Shown here: piece by piece, positions 41,728-50,196 of the stretch
How the letters are laid out: each line of letters starts with the position of its first letter
Numbering within the stretch: position 1 is the stretch's first letter
DNA from: a virus
Taxonomy: Duplodnaviria; Heunggongvirae; Uroviricota; Caudoviricetes
Strand: one strand, 5' to 3'
DNA: 64,000 nt
Virus record (IMG/VR): IMGVR_UViG_2913177423_000001
Coordinates: 19,415-83,414 of that record
Made by a program: the position numbers and the translations under genes
The notes under the pieces: model-generated
Database searches by the model: none
The model's input: only the letters and a program-made list of their open reading frames with translations
Told to the model about the DNA's origin: nothing

Positions 41728-41890
41728 TAGCACCATTCTTAATGCCAGGAGTATAACATCAAATCCGATGGATACTGGTACACGTTTTGCGCCTGAATAG
41801 CACTAAATTAGCACCAAATATGCACCAGTACATTAACAACACCAATTCGGCGTTGTTTTGGTGCCACTTCAACACCATTTTGACACCAAA
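41728..41890. repeat. RCACCA repeat cluster upstream of parA (candidate centromere/operator)
   Basis: agCACCAtt, agCACCAaa, tgCACCAgt, aaCACCAat, inverted GGTGcc, aaCACCAtt, gaCACCAaa. Confidence 0.55.
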
Positions 41891-41897
41891 ACTGAAC

Positions 41898-41922
41898 AAA
41901 AAAGGCTGCAATTTGCAGCCTT
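41898..41922 (-). terminator. intrinsic terminator of the parMR operon
   Basis: On the minus strand: AAGGCTGCA-aat-TGCAGCCTT followed by TTTTT. Confidence 0.75.
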
Positions 41923-41940
41923 AAGATAGTGTATGAACCG

Positions 41941-42285
41941 TCAATCAGGTAGAGAGTCAGCCAGATTGCGCGCCGACGCGCTTTTGGCAACAACTTGCTC
42001 CTTCACTGGCTCAATGGAGGCAGGTCGCTCTTCAACCGCAGCAGGTAGTTCCAGGAAGGACGCCAGCATTTTTCGGATCAGATCCGGGTTATTGTCTTCG
42101 GTTAGCAGGGAAGCCAGTAATCCTGGAAGCCTGCTATCGACTTCTCCCAGCGCAAGCCCTGCCAACAATGCAGTTCTTGCCATATCGCTATGTTTTTTTA
42201 TCTTCTCGCTCGCCGCCTTTTCATTGGCATAAGCCTCTGGGCGAAGATAAATCATCACTTTCTTACGTTCCTGAGACATGGACAT
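41941..42285 (-). CDS. parR: ParR-like centromere-binding protein
   Basis: Small RHH-like N-terminus (KKVMIYLRPEAY) directly downstream of parM. Confidence 0.6.
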   Translation of the reverse strand: MSMSQERKKVMIYLRPEAYANEKAASEKIKKHSDMARTALLAGLALGEVDSRLPGLLASLLTEDNNPDLIRKMLASFLELPAAVEERPASIEPVKEQVVAKSASARNLADSLPD

Positions 42286-42291
42286 ACCTCG

Positions 42292-43248
42292 TTAACCGAT
42301 TGCTTTCAGGCCATGAACAAGAGCAAGTTGCGGGTCATCCGCCACGAAGAAACGGTCATCGCGAATATTAACTTGCTCGCGAATTGCATCAGCCACCAGT
42401 GGTGCGCCGCCACCGATCACCATGACATGCGTATATCCTTTAAAGTCGCCAATCACATCAAGAACGCGGGTACGCAGACGGTCAATACTTGCAGCAATGG
42501 CCTTTTTCACATCACCAATAGCTGATGGGTCATTGATATTGTCGTTCAGATAATCTTCATCGTGGCGGTTAATAATGAGCTGATCGACATTGTAATTTGA
42601 CGTTTCGGTATTGGCTCTGGCAAGTGCTTGCCTTACTTCCCTGGTAACCAGAGAGACGCCAAGATTCGAATCGCCAAAAACACGGGAAACTGCCGTCATT
42701 TGCCCGGCGACCATTGAAACATCAAGGGTAGTTCCACCCAAATCGACGATAAGAACAGAGTGGGCAGGGTTCAGATTGTCGCACAGGCCAATTCCTGCCG
42801 GAATAGACTCCGGGCGTACCGTAACTTTCTTAATCGTGAACACATTGCCTTTATTCAGCGTGACGGGGCGCATAAGGCTGGCTTTTTTGCGCTCGATGTT
42901 ATCGAGATTGTATTGCGCGTCGTCGTCGTAAAACTCCGCCAGAGGCAGCGTGACCACGATTTCTACTTCCTGCGGCTCAATGCCACTGGTCAGCAAAGCA
43001 TGGTGAACAGCCAGGACGTTAAGCGGGCTGTATTGCCATTCCACGTTATTCGTCGGCAGAACATCTGGCGAGATCAAATCATACGAATACTTTTCGTCGT
43101 CAATGACATAGTTAAACGGCTTGCCAGCACCAAATGTTGCGGACCAGCCGCGCTTAAAGCTGTTAGGACTGATGTGCGTGCGAGTTTCCCCGTCGTGTTC
43201 CCACAGCATTTTGATATTTGTTGAACCATCGTCGATAAAAATGCGCAT
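42292..43248 (-). CDS. parM: ParM actin-like segregation ATPase
   Basis: MRIFIDDGSTNIKMLW matches the ParM/StbA N-terminus. The ATG at 43248 follows GGAG with 8-nt spacing. Confidence 0.85.
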   Translation of the reverse strand: MRIFIDDGSTNIKMLWEHDGETRTHISPNSFKRGWSATFGAGKPFNYVIDDEKYSYDLISPDVLPTNNVEWQYSPLNVLAVHHALLTSGIEPQEVEIVVTLPLAEFYDDDAQYNLDNIERKKASLMRPVTLNKGNVFTIKKVTVRPESIPAGIGLCDNLNPAHSVLIVDLGGTTLDVSMVAGQMTAVSRVFGDSNLGVSLVTREVRQALARANTETSNYNVDQLIINRHDEDYLNDNINDPSAIGDVKKAIAASIDRLRTRVLDVIGDFKGYTHVMVIGGGAPLVADAIREQVNIRDDRFFVADDPQLALVHGLKAIG

Positions 43249-43272
43249 CTTCTTGCTCCACTTCTGAGACAC

Positions 43273-43430
43273 ATTTGAGAATCAAATCATGATTTTAAAA
43301 GAGAAGGAATCGAAAATCCACACAATTCGAGATGAAAGAGAGTCGTTATTGAGATTATTTTGAGAATATCTTTAACCACTTTCTGGGTTTGATGCAAAGG
43401 TGAGAACAATTCGAGAATAAAACGAGAATT
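43273..43430. repeat. parC-like iteron array (YGAGAAT words, partly at 11-bp phase)
   Basis: TGAGAAT 43276, CGAGATG 43328, TGAGATT 43350, TGAGAAT 43361, TGAGAAC 43401, CGAGAAT 43412, CGAGAAT 43423. Confidence 0.6.
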
Positions 43431-43449
43431 TTAAATATTTCGTGATTTC
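43428..43449 (-). promoter_or_regulatory. late-promoter-like box on the minus strand (GAAATCACGAAATATTTAAAAT)
   Basis: Matches the family spacing with a TAAAAT -10; points through parC towards parM. Confidence 0.3.
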
Positions 43450-43466
43450 ACTCTCTCTTTGAGTGA

Positions 43467-43489
43467 CGAAATAACAAAGTGATGACAAT
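43467..43489 (+). promoter_or_regulatory. late-promoter-like box CGAAATAACAAAGTGATGACAAT
   Basis: Family member 25 nt upstream of the PAAR gene. Confidence 0.5.
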
Positions 43490-43513
43490 AGGCGAATAAC
43501 CAGGAGATGAAGA

Positions 43514-43798
43514 ATGAGCGCAATAGCCACCAGCGACACACTTTGTTCCGGTCACGGAGGATTCCCGCCGCGGCTGGTTGCTGAAACCGTTCCCTGGTTC
43601 ACCGTCAACGGTAAGCCAGTTGTTGTGGATGGTGCCATGTTCCCCAGCCATACAGACGGTAACAGCACACATCCGGGATCGGCTGTATCGACGCGGGCAT
43701 GGTATTCAATAGGTGGAAAGGGAGTCGTCTGCGTAGGCGATCCGCTTTCTTGTGGTTCTGTTATCGCCAACGGCGAGGATATTTTTCAGGTCGCATAA
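43514..43798 (+). CDS. PAAR-domain spike-tip protein
   Basis: CSGHGG...VNGKPVVVDGAMFPSH...H...IGGKGVVCVGDPLSCG fits the PAAR repeat pattern. Confidence 0.75.
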   Translation: MSAIATSDTLCSGHGGFPPRLVAETVPWFTVNGKPVVVDGAMFPSHTDGNSTHPGSAVSTRAWYSIGGKGVVCVGDPLSCGSVIANGEDIFQVA

Positions 43799-44601
43799 TG
43801 CTTGATTCAATAGGTGAAGTTAAAGCCTTCCAAATTCTGTCCGGCGCTGGTGCCTCCACACCGGAATCAATATCCATAAGCCGGGCGGCTTCTTCAAAAG
43901 CTTCGTCACTCGCAAGCGACATACAGGAAATGGTTCATCCTGATAAAACCTATCCTGATTCAGTGTCTGCCTGGACGACTCAATTGCTTGGATTTTCCGA
44001 ACAACTCAATGAGGCAAGCAAGGCATCATCAGCCCTGGCTGACTCTCTTTCCCCATACACGACGCCATCAGAGCTGTTACAGATGAAGATTGGCTGGGAG
44101 TGCCACGCAAAAGGTAATGAACTGATCCCCACGCCAGCGTTCGCCCTGGTTGAGGGGATGGGGAATGTTTCCATACCGCAATCACTAACGGACGCATTGG
44201 CGGCGCTGAAACTTGACGATCTGAATACCGCCATGAACGCCATAAACGCAAAAATTGAAGCTGCCGGGAGTGCTGGGGGTGATAGTGATGGTGGACAGGC
44301 TGGTGGTGGGGCAGCTCAGGCTCCGGACATTACTCAGGATGAAATTGATGATTTACGGGAAGCTGTAACAGTAGCTGAAGTTTCACTCTCCGGGATTAAT
44401 TCAGCAAGTGAGAGTGTCGTAGCCCTTGCTGACCGCATTAAAACGTCAACAACTCAGGCCGCCAAGGGGCTAGAGAACGCTGTAGCCATCACCTTAACAG
44501 GTTCTCTACTGGGCGATGCAGTAATGAGTCCGGCAATCAGTTTAATCATGCCACAAGGCGTTATCGATGCGCTCCAAAAGAGCACCAAAAAGGAACCATA
44601 G
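43798..44601 (+). CDS. hypothetical late protein, 267 aa
   Basis: ATG overlaps the PAAR stop (TAATG); the track start at 43699 would overlap the PAAR gene. Confidence 0.6.
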   Translation: MLDSIGEVKAFQILSGAGASTPESISISRAASSKASSLASDIQEMVHPDKTYPDSVSAWTTQLLGFSEQLNEASKASSALADSLSPYTTPSELLQMKIGWECHAKGNELIPTPAFALVEGMGNVSIPQSLTDALAALKLDDLNTAMNAINAKIEAAGSAGGDSDGGQAGGGAAQAPDITQDEIDDLREAVTVAEVSLSGINSASESVVALADRIKTSTTQAAKGLENAVAITLTGSLLGDAVMSPAISLIMPQGVIDALQKSTKKEP

Positions 44602-44656
44602 CAGCACCACTTAGGCACATAAACGGATGTAAATTGGTACATGTTTAACACCAAAA

Positions 44657-45130
44657 GTGAACCTGAAGAGGATGGTTTTGAAAAAGATAATTTTGATTGT
44701 AATTGCGCTTTTAGCCATTTCTGGAATTTACCGAACAACGACGGCAGTTATCGAACACATCAGGTATGTCCGGTCGCTTGAAGACTCAAAATCACTACTG
44801 GAAAGCACAAACAACACGCTTTCTACCGCATTACAGTTAAGTGAGAACGCTCGCTCTGCCATGCAGGCCGAAAACGAAAGAGTCAAAGCTCTGGAAAAGG
44901 AGTACCAGCGAAAAACAGCAGAACTGAATACCAAACTGATCAAACAACGGGAGGAAAGCCAGAATGAAATCACTCGTCTTGAAACTGCGTTACGCCGTGC
45001 TGGGATTAACGATGTGCGTGTGCCTGATGACGTTATCAGGATGCAGCGGGAACGGGCAAAAGCCATCAACCAGCGTGCCAGTGAAAATTACCGTAGAAGC
45101 CACCAGCAAGCCGCAGGCAAATCTGATTGA
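44657..45130 (+). CDS. i-spanin (Rz-like)
   Basis: N-terminal TM anchor KKIILIVIALLAISGIY followed by coiled coil; the o-spanin gene is overlapped in another frame. True start is probably the TTG at 44678 (GAAGAGG with 6-nt spacing) or the ATG at 44672. Confidence 0.7.
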   Translation: MNLKRMVLKKIILIVIALLAISGIYRTTTAVIEHIRYVRSLEDSKSLLESTNNTLSTALQLSENARSAMQAENERVKALEKEYQRKTAELNTKLIKQREESQNEITRLETALRRAGINDVRVPDDVIRMQRERAKAINQRASENYRRSHQQAAGKSD

Positions 45131-45296
45131 TTACTCCCCTTGTTTAGTGCCAGAGGACACGCCAGTGCTGTTAAACAAGTATCCAACATACACAGAACAG
45201 TTATTCAGCACGATCGATGAATGCAACCAACGAAACGCACTGAATAACCAAAGGAATAGGGAGATTTGGGAAGGGAAGGGGGATCACGGCTCCTGA
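44964..45296 (+). CDS. o-spanin (Rz1-like lipoprotein), overlapped architecture
   Basis: Lipobox LMTLSGC and a Pro-rich mature part; starts inside the i-spanin gene in a different frame. Confidence 0.7.
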   Translation: MKSLVLKLRYAVLGLTMCVCLMTLSGCSGNGQKPSTSVPVKITVEATSKPQANLIDYSPCLVPEDTPVLLNKYPTYTEQLFSTIDECNQRNALNNQRNREIWEGKGDHGS

Positions 45297-45742
45297 AGCC
45301 AGATATCCTGGCTGTCAGCTTCTTCGAAACCGTGGCAGACGTTAAAGTCACTCAAACGATACTGACGCTGACGGCCTCTATTTCGCTCATGCCAATGCAT
45401 ATATCCACCAGCAAATGCCAGCGGGCAATCGCTATAGTCTATATAGCCAATACCATTCCCCAGGCGGGCCTCGCGTGCGCCAGCTTTCCAGGACAACAAA
45501 AACGAGTCACGATCTGCCAGCATGACAACAAAATCATCCGGCTCACCTATGCAGTGAAGAATCCCTGCTTTACATAACTGTTTTAGCGCCTTCGATTGGC
45601 CCAGGATGTCTTCGCCATAATACTGAAAACAATCATCAACAACAGCGGGATAACCAGCAGGGGGATTCAGGCTGGTTGGTATCGCTGACGCGATTGCCAG
45701 CATTAAGCGATATTGTGATTTTGATGGATTTGCGTGACTCAT
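45284..45742 (-). CDS. hypothetical protein (about 152 aa)
   Basis: ATG at 45742 follows AGGCAGGAAAAA; the alternative ATG at 45769 overlaps the upstream gene. Confidence 0.55.
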   Translation of the reverse strand: MSHANPSKSQYRLMLAIASAIPTSLNPPAGYPAVVDDCFQYYGEDILGQSKALKQLCKAGILHCIGEPDDFVVMLADRDSFLLSWKAGAREARLGNGIGYIDYSDCPLAFAGGYMHWHERNRGRQRQYRLSDFNVCHGFEEADSQDIWLQEP

Positions 45743-45756
45743 TTTTTCCTGCCTGT

Positions 45757-46149
45757 TCACTGTCGCCATGCGTTTTTTAACTCTGGGATATCAGCCATTT
45801 CAATTAACTTTCGCAGTCCAGCACTGACTTTCCCATTGCCAATCATAGCAAGCCAGTCTCTCACAGCTTTCGGCATATAGAGCGTAGCTGTTACCGGCTC
45901 TTCAACTCTCGCGGGACATCCGCATACAGGCCATTTAATTGATTCCATAACTTCGGAGGCCGGGGTGAGGGCGGGAACATTAAGAATATCTCTACCAGAA
46001 AACTGGATGACGATTCGTTCAGCGAGGGAGAGTATCTCACTTTCAGCAAGAATTGATGCCAGTTGCGCCTCAACAAGAAAGCGGCTCGTTGTGTTCAGGG
46101 AGTGGCTTTTCGCGCCATTTTTATACGAAACAAAGATCCGATACGCCAT
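45757..46149 (-). CDS. hypothetical protein, 130 aa, operator-controlled
   Basis: ATG ORF with an operator-like word 15 nt upstream. Confidence 0.6.
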   Translation of the reverse strand: MAYRIFVSYKNGAKSHSLNTTSRFLVEAQLASILAESEILSLAERIVIQFSGRDILNVPALTPASEVMESIKWPVCGCPARVEEPVTATLYMPKAVRDWLAMIGNGKVSAGLRKLIEMADIPELKNAWRQ

Positions 46150-46163
46150 AACCGTAATGATTT

Positions 46164-46180
46164 ATGTTAGAAAATTAAAA
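46164..46180 (+). promoter_or_regulatory. operator-like 17-mer ATGTTAGAAAATTAAAA
   Basis: Word-family member in the divergent region between the 45757 operon and the head-like gene. Confidence 0.5.
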
Positions 46181-46235
46181 TTAAACCACATAACAACGTG
46201 CGTGTTAATAGATTTTATTTTACTAATGCTATTGA

Positions 46236-46258
46236 CTAAATCACAAAGTTGGTATTGT
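46236..46258 (+). promoter_or_regulatory. late-promoter-like box CTAAATCACAAAGTTGGTATTGT
   Basis: Family member 50 nt upstream of the 565-aa ORF. Confidence 0.5.
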
Positions 46259-46307
46259 TAGCGCGTCAAAAGAACCTTCACGCCGCGCCCGAATTTAGGG
46301 CTTAACC

Positions 46308-48005
46308 GTGAATAAAAACATTCAGCCAGCTCGTGATCGCGAGCGCGATATTATGAATCGGGCGGCAAGCGTCATGGCTATGACCGTCGATCCGACCACC
46401 GATGCTGCGGGCAATATGATTGCTGATCAGGCAGTGATGATGGAGAACCTGGACAAAGCTATCCAGAAGGAGGCTATGTTTGAAGGCGTAAATCCAGAGG
46501 TTGCACGTCAGATCGCTGGTGGGTGGGCTATGTCTCTGCATGAGTACAAGCGCCAGCATGGTCACTACCCGGCAAGCGACATCCTGGCAAACGCACACAT
46601 GGCACTTGAGCGCCTGATGACTGAATGTGCCAGCGATAAGCATGAAGGTACTGGCAGGGCAATGTTTGAGTCTGTCGCTCAATCGATGCGCAGCTCTGAT
46701 GGTGTAATGAAAGTAGCTCAGTATGCAGCTCTGATTCTGCCTGCATCGCTGGGTGCTGCTACCAGTGATGCCTGTACTTTTGTTCCTTGTGAACGTGACG
46801 AGTCAAATATCTATGAACTGGTCAACGTAGCAGGCACAAAATTCGGCACCTTCAAGCAAGGTGACGAACTGAATATGCAGTCCGCAGGTGTTTATTCTCA
46901 AATGAAACGCCTGTATACCCTTTCCACTAAAGGTGATGGCAGCACCAAAACTTTCCAGTTCGACATCCAAAATTTTGAGGGCCAATCCTGCCCGCTGCGC
47001 GCTGGTTATAACAAACTGCTGATCAACCGCAAACCGTCCAAGGTTGACGACGGCGATGGCAACCTTTATTTCAATGATAAAGACAGCAAAGGCAATGCTT
47101 TCTCCGCCACCGCAAAAGTCGCTTATGACACTGGCGTCATCGACATTACCTTCACTCAAGCGCCAGCAGAAGGGACTGAAATTGCTGTTCAGGTCGAAAT
47201 TAACATCGAGCGCAATCCAAGCCTGATTCCGGTAATCAACCAGGCTATGCGCAAGTATGAAGTTCGCCCATCTCAGTACGTAATTGCTTCCGAACACACA
47301 GTAATGTCCGCTTCCGATTTAAGCCGCGAACACGGCCTTGAATTGGCAGCTCTTCAGTTCTCTGCAATGCGCAACTGGATCTCCCATGAAACCGACATCA
47401 TGCGTCTTCGCACCCTGGTATTCCATACCGTTTATGGTCGTGAATTTGATGTGGCTCTGCCTGAAGCTCAAAACTATGAGTCCTGGGTCGGCCTCCTGCG
47501 CCACGCAGTAAACGCCCTGTCTCAGGAAATGGCAAACCGCACCCTGACCACGGGTATTCGCGGCGGCTTCGCAGGTGGTGACGCAGCTAACTTCCTGCGT
47601 TCTCTGCCTCCACAGCACTTCCAAATCGCGCCGGGCTACGTTCAGTCACCGTATGTGCAGTACATCGGCACCCTGTTTGGCACGATTCGTATTTACGAAG
47701 TGCCGCAGCCTGTATGTGAGCAATTCCAGGCACAGGGATATGACTTAGGTCTGGATGACATTTATTTCTATGGTCGCGGTGAAGGCATCGGTAAAGCCGG
47801 GCTGATCGCTGGTGATGCGGTCCCAGCAATCCCGTATGTGCACGAAACCAATCCATCTCTCGTTAACCGCACCACTCTCTGGGGTAGTGCTATCAACGAA
47901 GTCCACCCGCGCAACGGTGAGAATTATTTCGCCCGCCTGCGTCTGACTCGTGCCAAAGAAGGTGCAATCGACATGCTGACCGGGAAGGTCAACGAAAAAA
48001 AGTAA
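46308..48005 (+). CDS. putative major head protein precursor (P1 gp23-sized)
   Basis: 565-aa late ORF behind a late-promoter-like box, followed by an Ig-like decoration ORF, and ending in a -1 slippery site (a head/tail-structural habit). No direct motif; the start could be the GTG at 46308 or the ATG at 46353. Confidence 0.5.
   Translation: MNKNIQPARDRERDIMNRAASVMAMTVDPTTDAAGNMIADQAVMMENLDKAIQKEAMFEGVNPEVARQIAGGWAMSLHEYKRQHGHYPASDILANAHMALERLMTECASDKHEGTGRAMFESVAQSMRSSDGVMKVAQYAALILPASLGAATSDACTFVPCERDESNIYELVNVAGTKFGTFKQGDELNMQSAGVYSQMKRLYTLSTKGDGSTKTFQFDIQNFEGQSCPLRAGYNKLLINRKPSKVDDGDGNLYFNDKDSKGNAFSATAKVAYDTGVIDITFTQAPAEGTEIAVQVEINIERNPSLIPVINQAMRKYEVRPSQYVIASEHTVMSASDLSREHGLELAALQFSAMRNWISHETDIMRLRTLVFHTVYGREFDVALPEAQNYESWVGLLRHAVNALSQEMANRTLTTGIRGGFAGGDAANFLRSLPPQHFQIAPGYVQSPYVQYIGTLFGTIRIYEVPQPVCEQFQAQGYDLGLDDIYFYGRGEGIGKAGLIAGDAVPAIPYVHETNPSLVNRTTLWGSAINEVHPRNGENYFARLRLTRAKEGAIDMLTGKVNEKK
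47996..48002 (+). promoter_or_regulatory. canonical -1 frameshift heptamer A_AAA_AAG in the zero frame
   Basis: The last sense codons are gaA AAA AAG, then TAA. An SD-like GGAAGG lies 7 nt upstream. The -1 frame is open for 35 codons, to 48109. Confidence 0.5.
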
Positions 48006-48152
48006 TGGTGGCGAACGTGTCGGTATCACCTACGTCAGTTGACGTAAATGAAGGTGAAACTATCGCCGCGAGCACTTCAAAGGCACAGAAAAAAACAAAG
48101 CAGAAGTAAGGCAAAAACACGCCCCTGAATAAGGGGCGTTCAGGAGAAAAGA

Positions 48153-48431
48153 ATGGCAAACATTCAAGTAACTATCACGCCATCTGACGCAACAGACAAA
48201 TCTTTCACTGTTGAGTCCGATCACCCTGAAATTGTCCAGGTTGATGGCACTACATGTACCGCTCTTAAGGCAGGGCAGGCAGTGCTGACAATCAAAACTA
48301 ATGACGGCAATAAAACCGCACAGTGCACGGTCACTGTTAGGGAGGCACCTAAAAGCGTAAGCGCCGTCAGTGTTGAACCGACTACGAAAGAAGTAACCGT
48401 AGGCGACAACTTCACGGTAAGCGAATCCTGA
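48153..48431 (+). CDS. Big_2 (bacterial Ig-like) domain protein, likely decoration
   Basis: ITPSDATDKSFTVESDHPEIVQVDGTTCTALKAGQAVLTIKTNDGNKTAQCTVTV fits Big_2. It ends with the opening strands of a second Ig-like repeat (VSVEPTTKEVTVGDNFTV). Confidence 0.75.
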   Translation: MANIQVTITPSDATDKSFTVESDHPEIVQVDGTTCTALKAGQAVLTIKTNDGNKTAQCTVTVREAPKSVSAVSVEPTTKEVTVGDNFTVSES

Positions 48432-48499
48432 TCAGAGGCTACCCATTAACCGTGGGTAGCCTTGCCTCGTTCTCTCGCTTTAGAGGATAAGAACACAGC

Positions 48500-50155
48500 A
48501 TGAATAAGATTAGTTTTTCGGTAGGGCAGGCAGCTGGCGTTGCTGTAATGGCGGTAAATGCTGACGCTACCCTCACCAATACCAGCGGTGGCGCATCCGT
48601 CTTTGCTGGACTTGTAATATCGCGTCGTGGCGCACCGGGTAAAGTGCTGAAAGTTGACGATACGACTTTTCAAAGCGTATTAGGTTCACCTATTCACCCT
48701 CGCCAGGGATCGGCATTTGAACCATACCGCCACGTGGAACGTGCCGTAAAAGGCGGCTCTGGTTATGTCGTTCGTGTTTGCGCTAAAGACATGAAGGTGC
48801 CGGGTATTTCTGTTTCCGTTGCGGGCAGAGCAAAAGCGGCTAAGGCGAACAAAACACTTACCGTGGAACCTACTGAAACCACAGTAAATCCAGGTGACAC
48901 ATTGAGCGTTGCCGTTGCTTCAACTGCAACAACGAAATCAGTAACCTTCACTCCAAAAGAGACACCCCAGATTGATGATGGGATGGCCGTATTCTTCATC
49001 AAAGATGGTGATGCATCTCAAAACCGCATGTTATCACTAACTCGCGATGATGAAGAAAGCGAACTCTTTACGCTGACGCTGAAAGAAAAACAAACCGATG
49101 GGTCCGTTGAGGTGCTGGAAAGCCACCAGGTGTCCTTCAATCCAGAAGGCACTAACGACATGGGCCAACCAGCATGGATTCCGACACTGCTTGAAAGCCA
49201 GTCCACTCGCATTGGTGCCGTCCTGGCAGATAATGCGGAAGCATCTGCTGCTCAACTCATGTTTGAGGATGTGGCTTTTGAAGGCGGCACTGATGGCGAT
49301 CTGTCCACCATTGACACTGAAGACTATCTGGAAGCATTAAAAGTCCTCGAAGCTTCAGAGGTTAATTACACCGCATTGCTGTCACTGGGCTGCTATGACG
49401 CTTCCGTCTTAGCCGCGCTCAAAAATCTGGCTGAAGACGTTCGCGTAGACATGTTCTACGACCTGAATGGCAATCAGATGCCAGAAAATGCCATTTCAGA
49501 AGCCAAAAGCCATAGTTTTGGTGGCTCACATCAACCAAGTCGTTATTACTTCCCATTCTCCTGTCGAGACACCTTCACTGGTATGAATGTTGTTTACGGC
49601 ATCAGTTGCGACGCATTTGTCGCAAAAGCGAAAGGTGTTGCGCTGGTTTCTGATGTTGGTGGCTGGCACTACGCTCCGGCAGGTGTATCTCGCGCGACGA
49701 TTGATCGACAGAATATTGCCCGAATACCAAATATCGGTGCCGTTGATCGCGAAGCGTTCGTCCTTGCACGCATTAATCCAGTTTCTGTTGCTGCTGATGG
49801 TTCTGTCTACATCGACGACTCTTTAACAACTTTCAGTAAAAACAACTACCTGCGATTCCAGCACGTTTCGTCTCTGATGAATGCTATTGCCCGCAATTTC
49901 TATGAAGTTGCTCAGACAATTAAGCATGAACCTGACGGCATTACCCAAGCGACGCTGATGAAAGCAATGACTGAATTGCTTGATCGATTCTATGCCTCAG
50001 GTGCGCTAGTGACGCCTCGTGACAAGTCTCAAGGCGAAGATCCATATGTTGTCCAGGTTGTCCAAAAAGACATCGACCTGTGGGAAGTATCCTGGTCTGT
50101 CTGCCCAACTGGAACTGCTCGCCGAATTGTCGGCAAACCAATTCTGATGCGCTGA
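48500..50155 (+). CDS. contractile tail sheath protein
   Basis: 551 aa. The N-terminal region (...VISRRGAPGKVLKVDDTTFQSVLG) and overall size are sheath-like; contains an inserted Ig-like stretch (LTVEPTETTVNPGDTLSVAV). Confidence 0.65.
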   Translation: MNKISFSVGQAAGVAVMAVNADATLTNTSGGASVFAGLVISRRGAPGKVLKVDDTTFQSVLGSPIHPRQGSAFEPYRHVERAVKGGSGYVVRVCAKDMKVPGISVSVAGRAKAAKANKTLTVEPTETTVNPGDTLSVAVASTATTKSVTFTPKETPQIDDGMAVFFIKDGDASQNRMLSLTRDDEESELFTLTLKEKQTDGSVEVLESHQVSFNPEGTNDMGQPAWIPTLLESQSTRIGAVLADNAEASAAQLMFEDVAFEGGTDGDLSTIDTEDYLEALKVLEASEVNYTALLSLGCYDASVLAALKNLAEDVRVDMFYDLNGNQMPENAISEAKSHSFGGSHQPSRYYFPFSCRDTFTGMNVVYGISCDAFVAKAKGVALVSDVGGWHYAPAGVSRATIDRQNIARIPNIGAVDREAFVLARINPVSVAADGSVYIDDSLTTFSKNNYLRFQHVSSLMNAIARNFYEVAQTIKHEPDGITQATLMKAMTELLDRFYASGALVTPRDKSQGEDPYVVQVVQKDIDLWEVSWSVCPTGTARRIVGKPILMR

Positions 50156-50196
50156 TTTATTACCCCCGCAGGAATGCGGGGGAGAGAGGTTTGAAA

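Noticed and set aside
48003-48160. Stop-codon read-through or T4 gene-60-style ribosome hopping to join the head-like ORF, the 35-codon extension and the Ig-like ORF into one polypeptide
   Set aside because: The zero frame closes at 48042 and again at 48126. The -1 frame closes at 48107. I could not find matched take-off and landing codons in the right phase. Only the -1 shift at A_AAA_AAG is supported by sequence.
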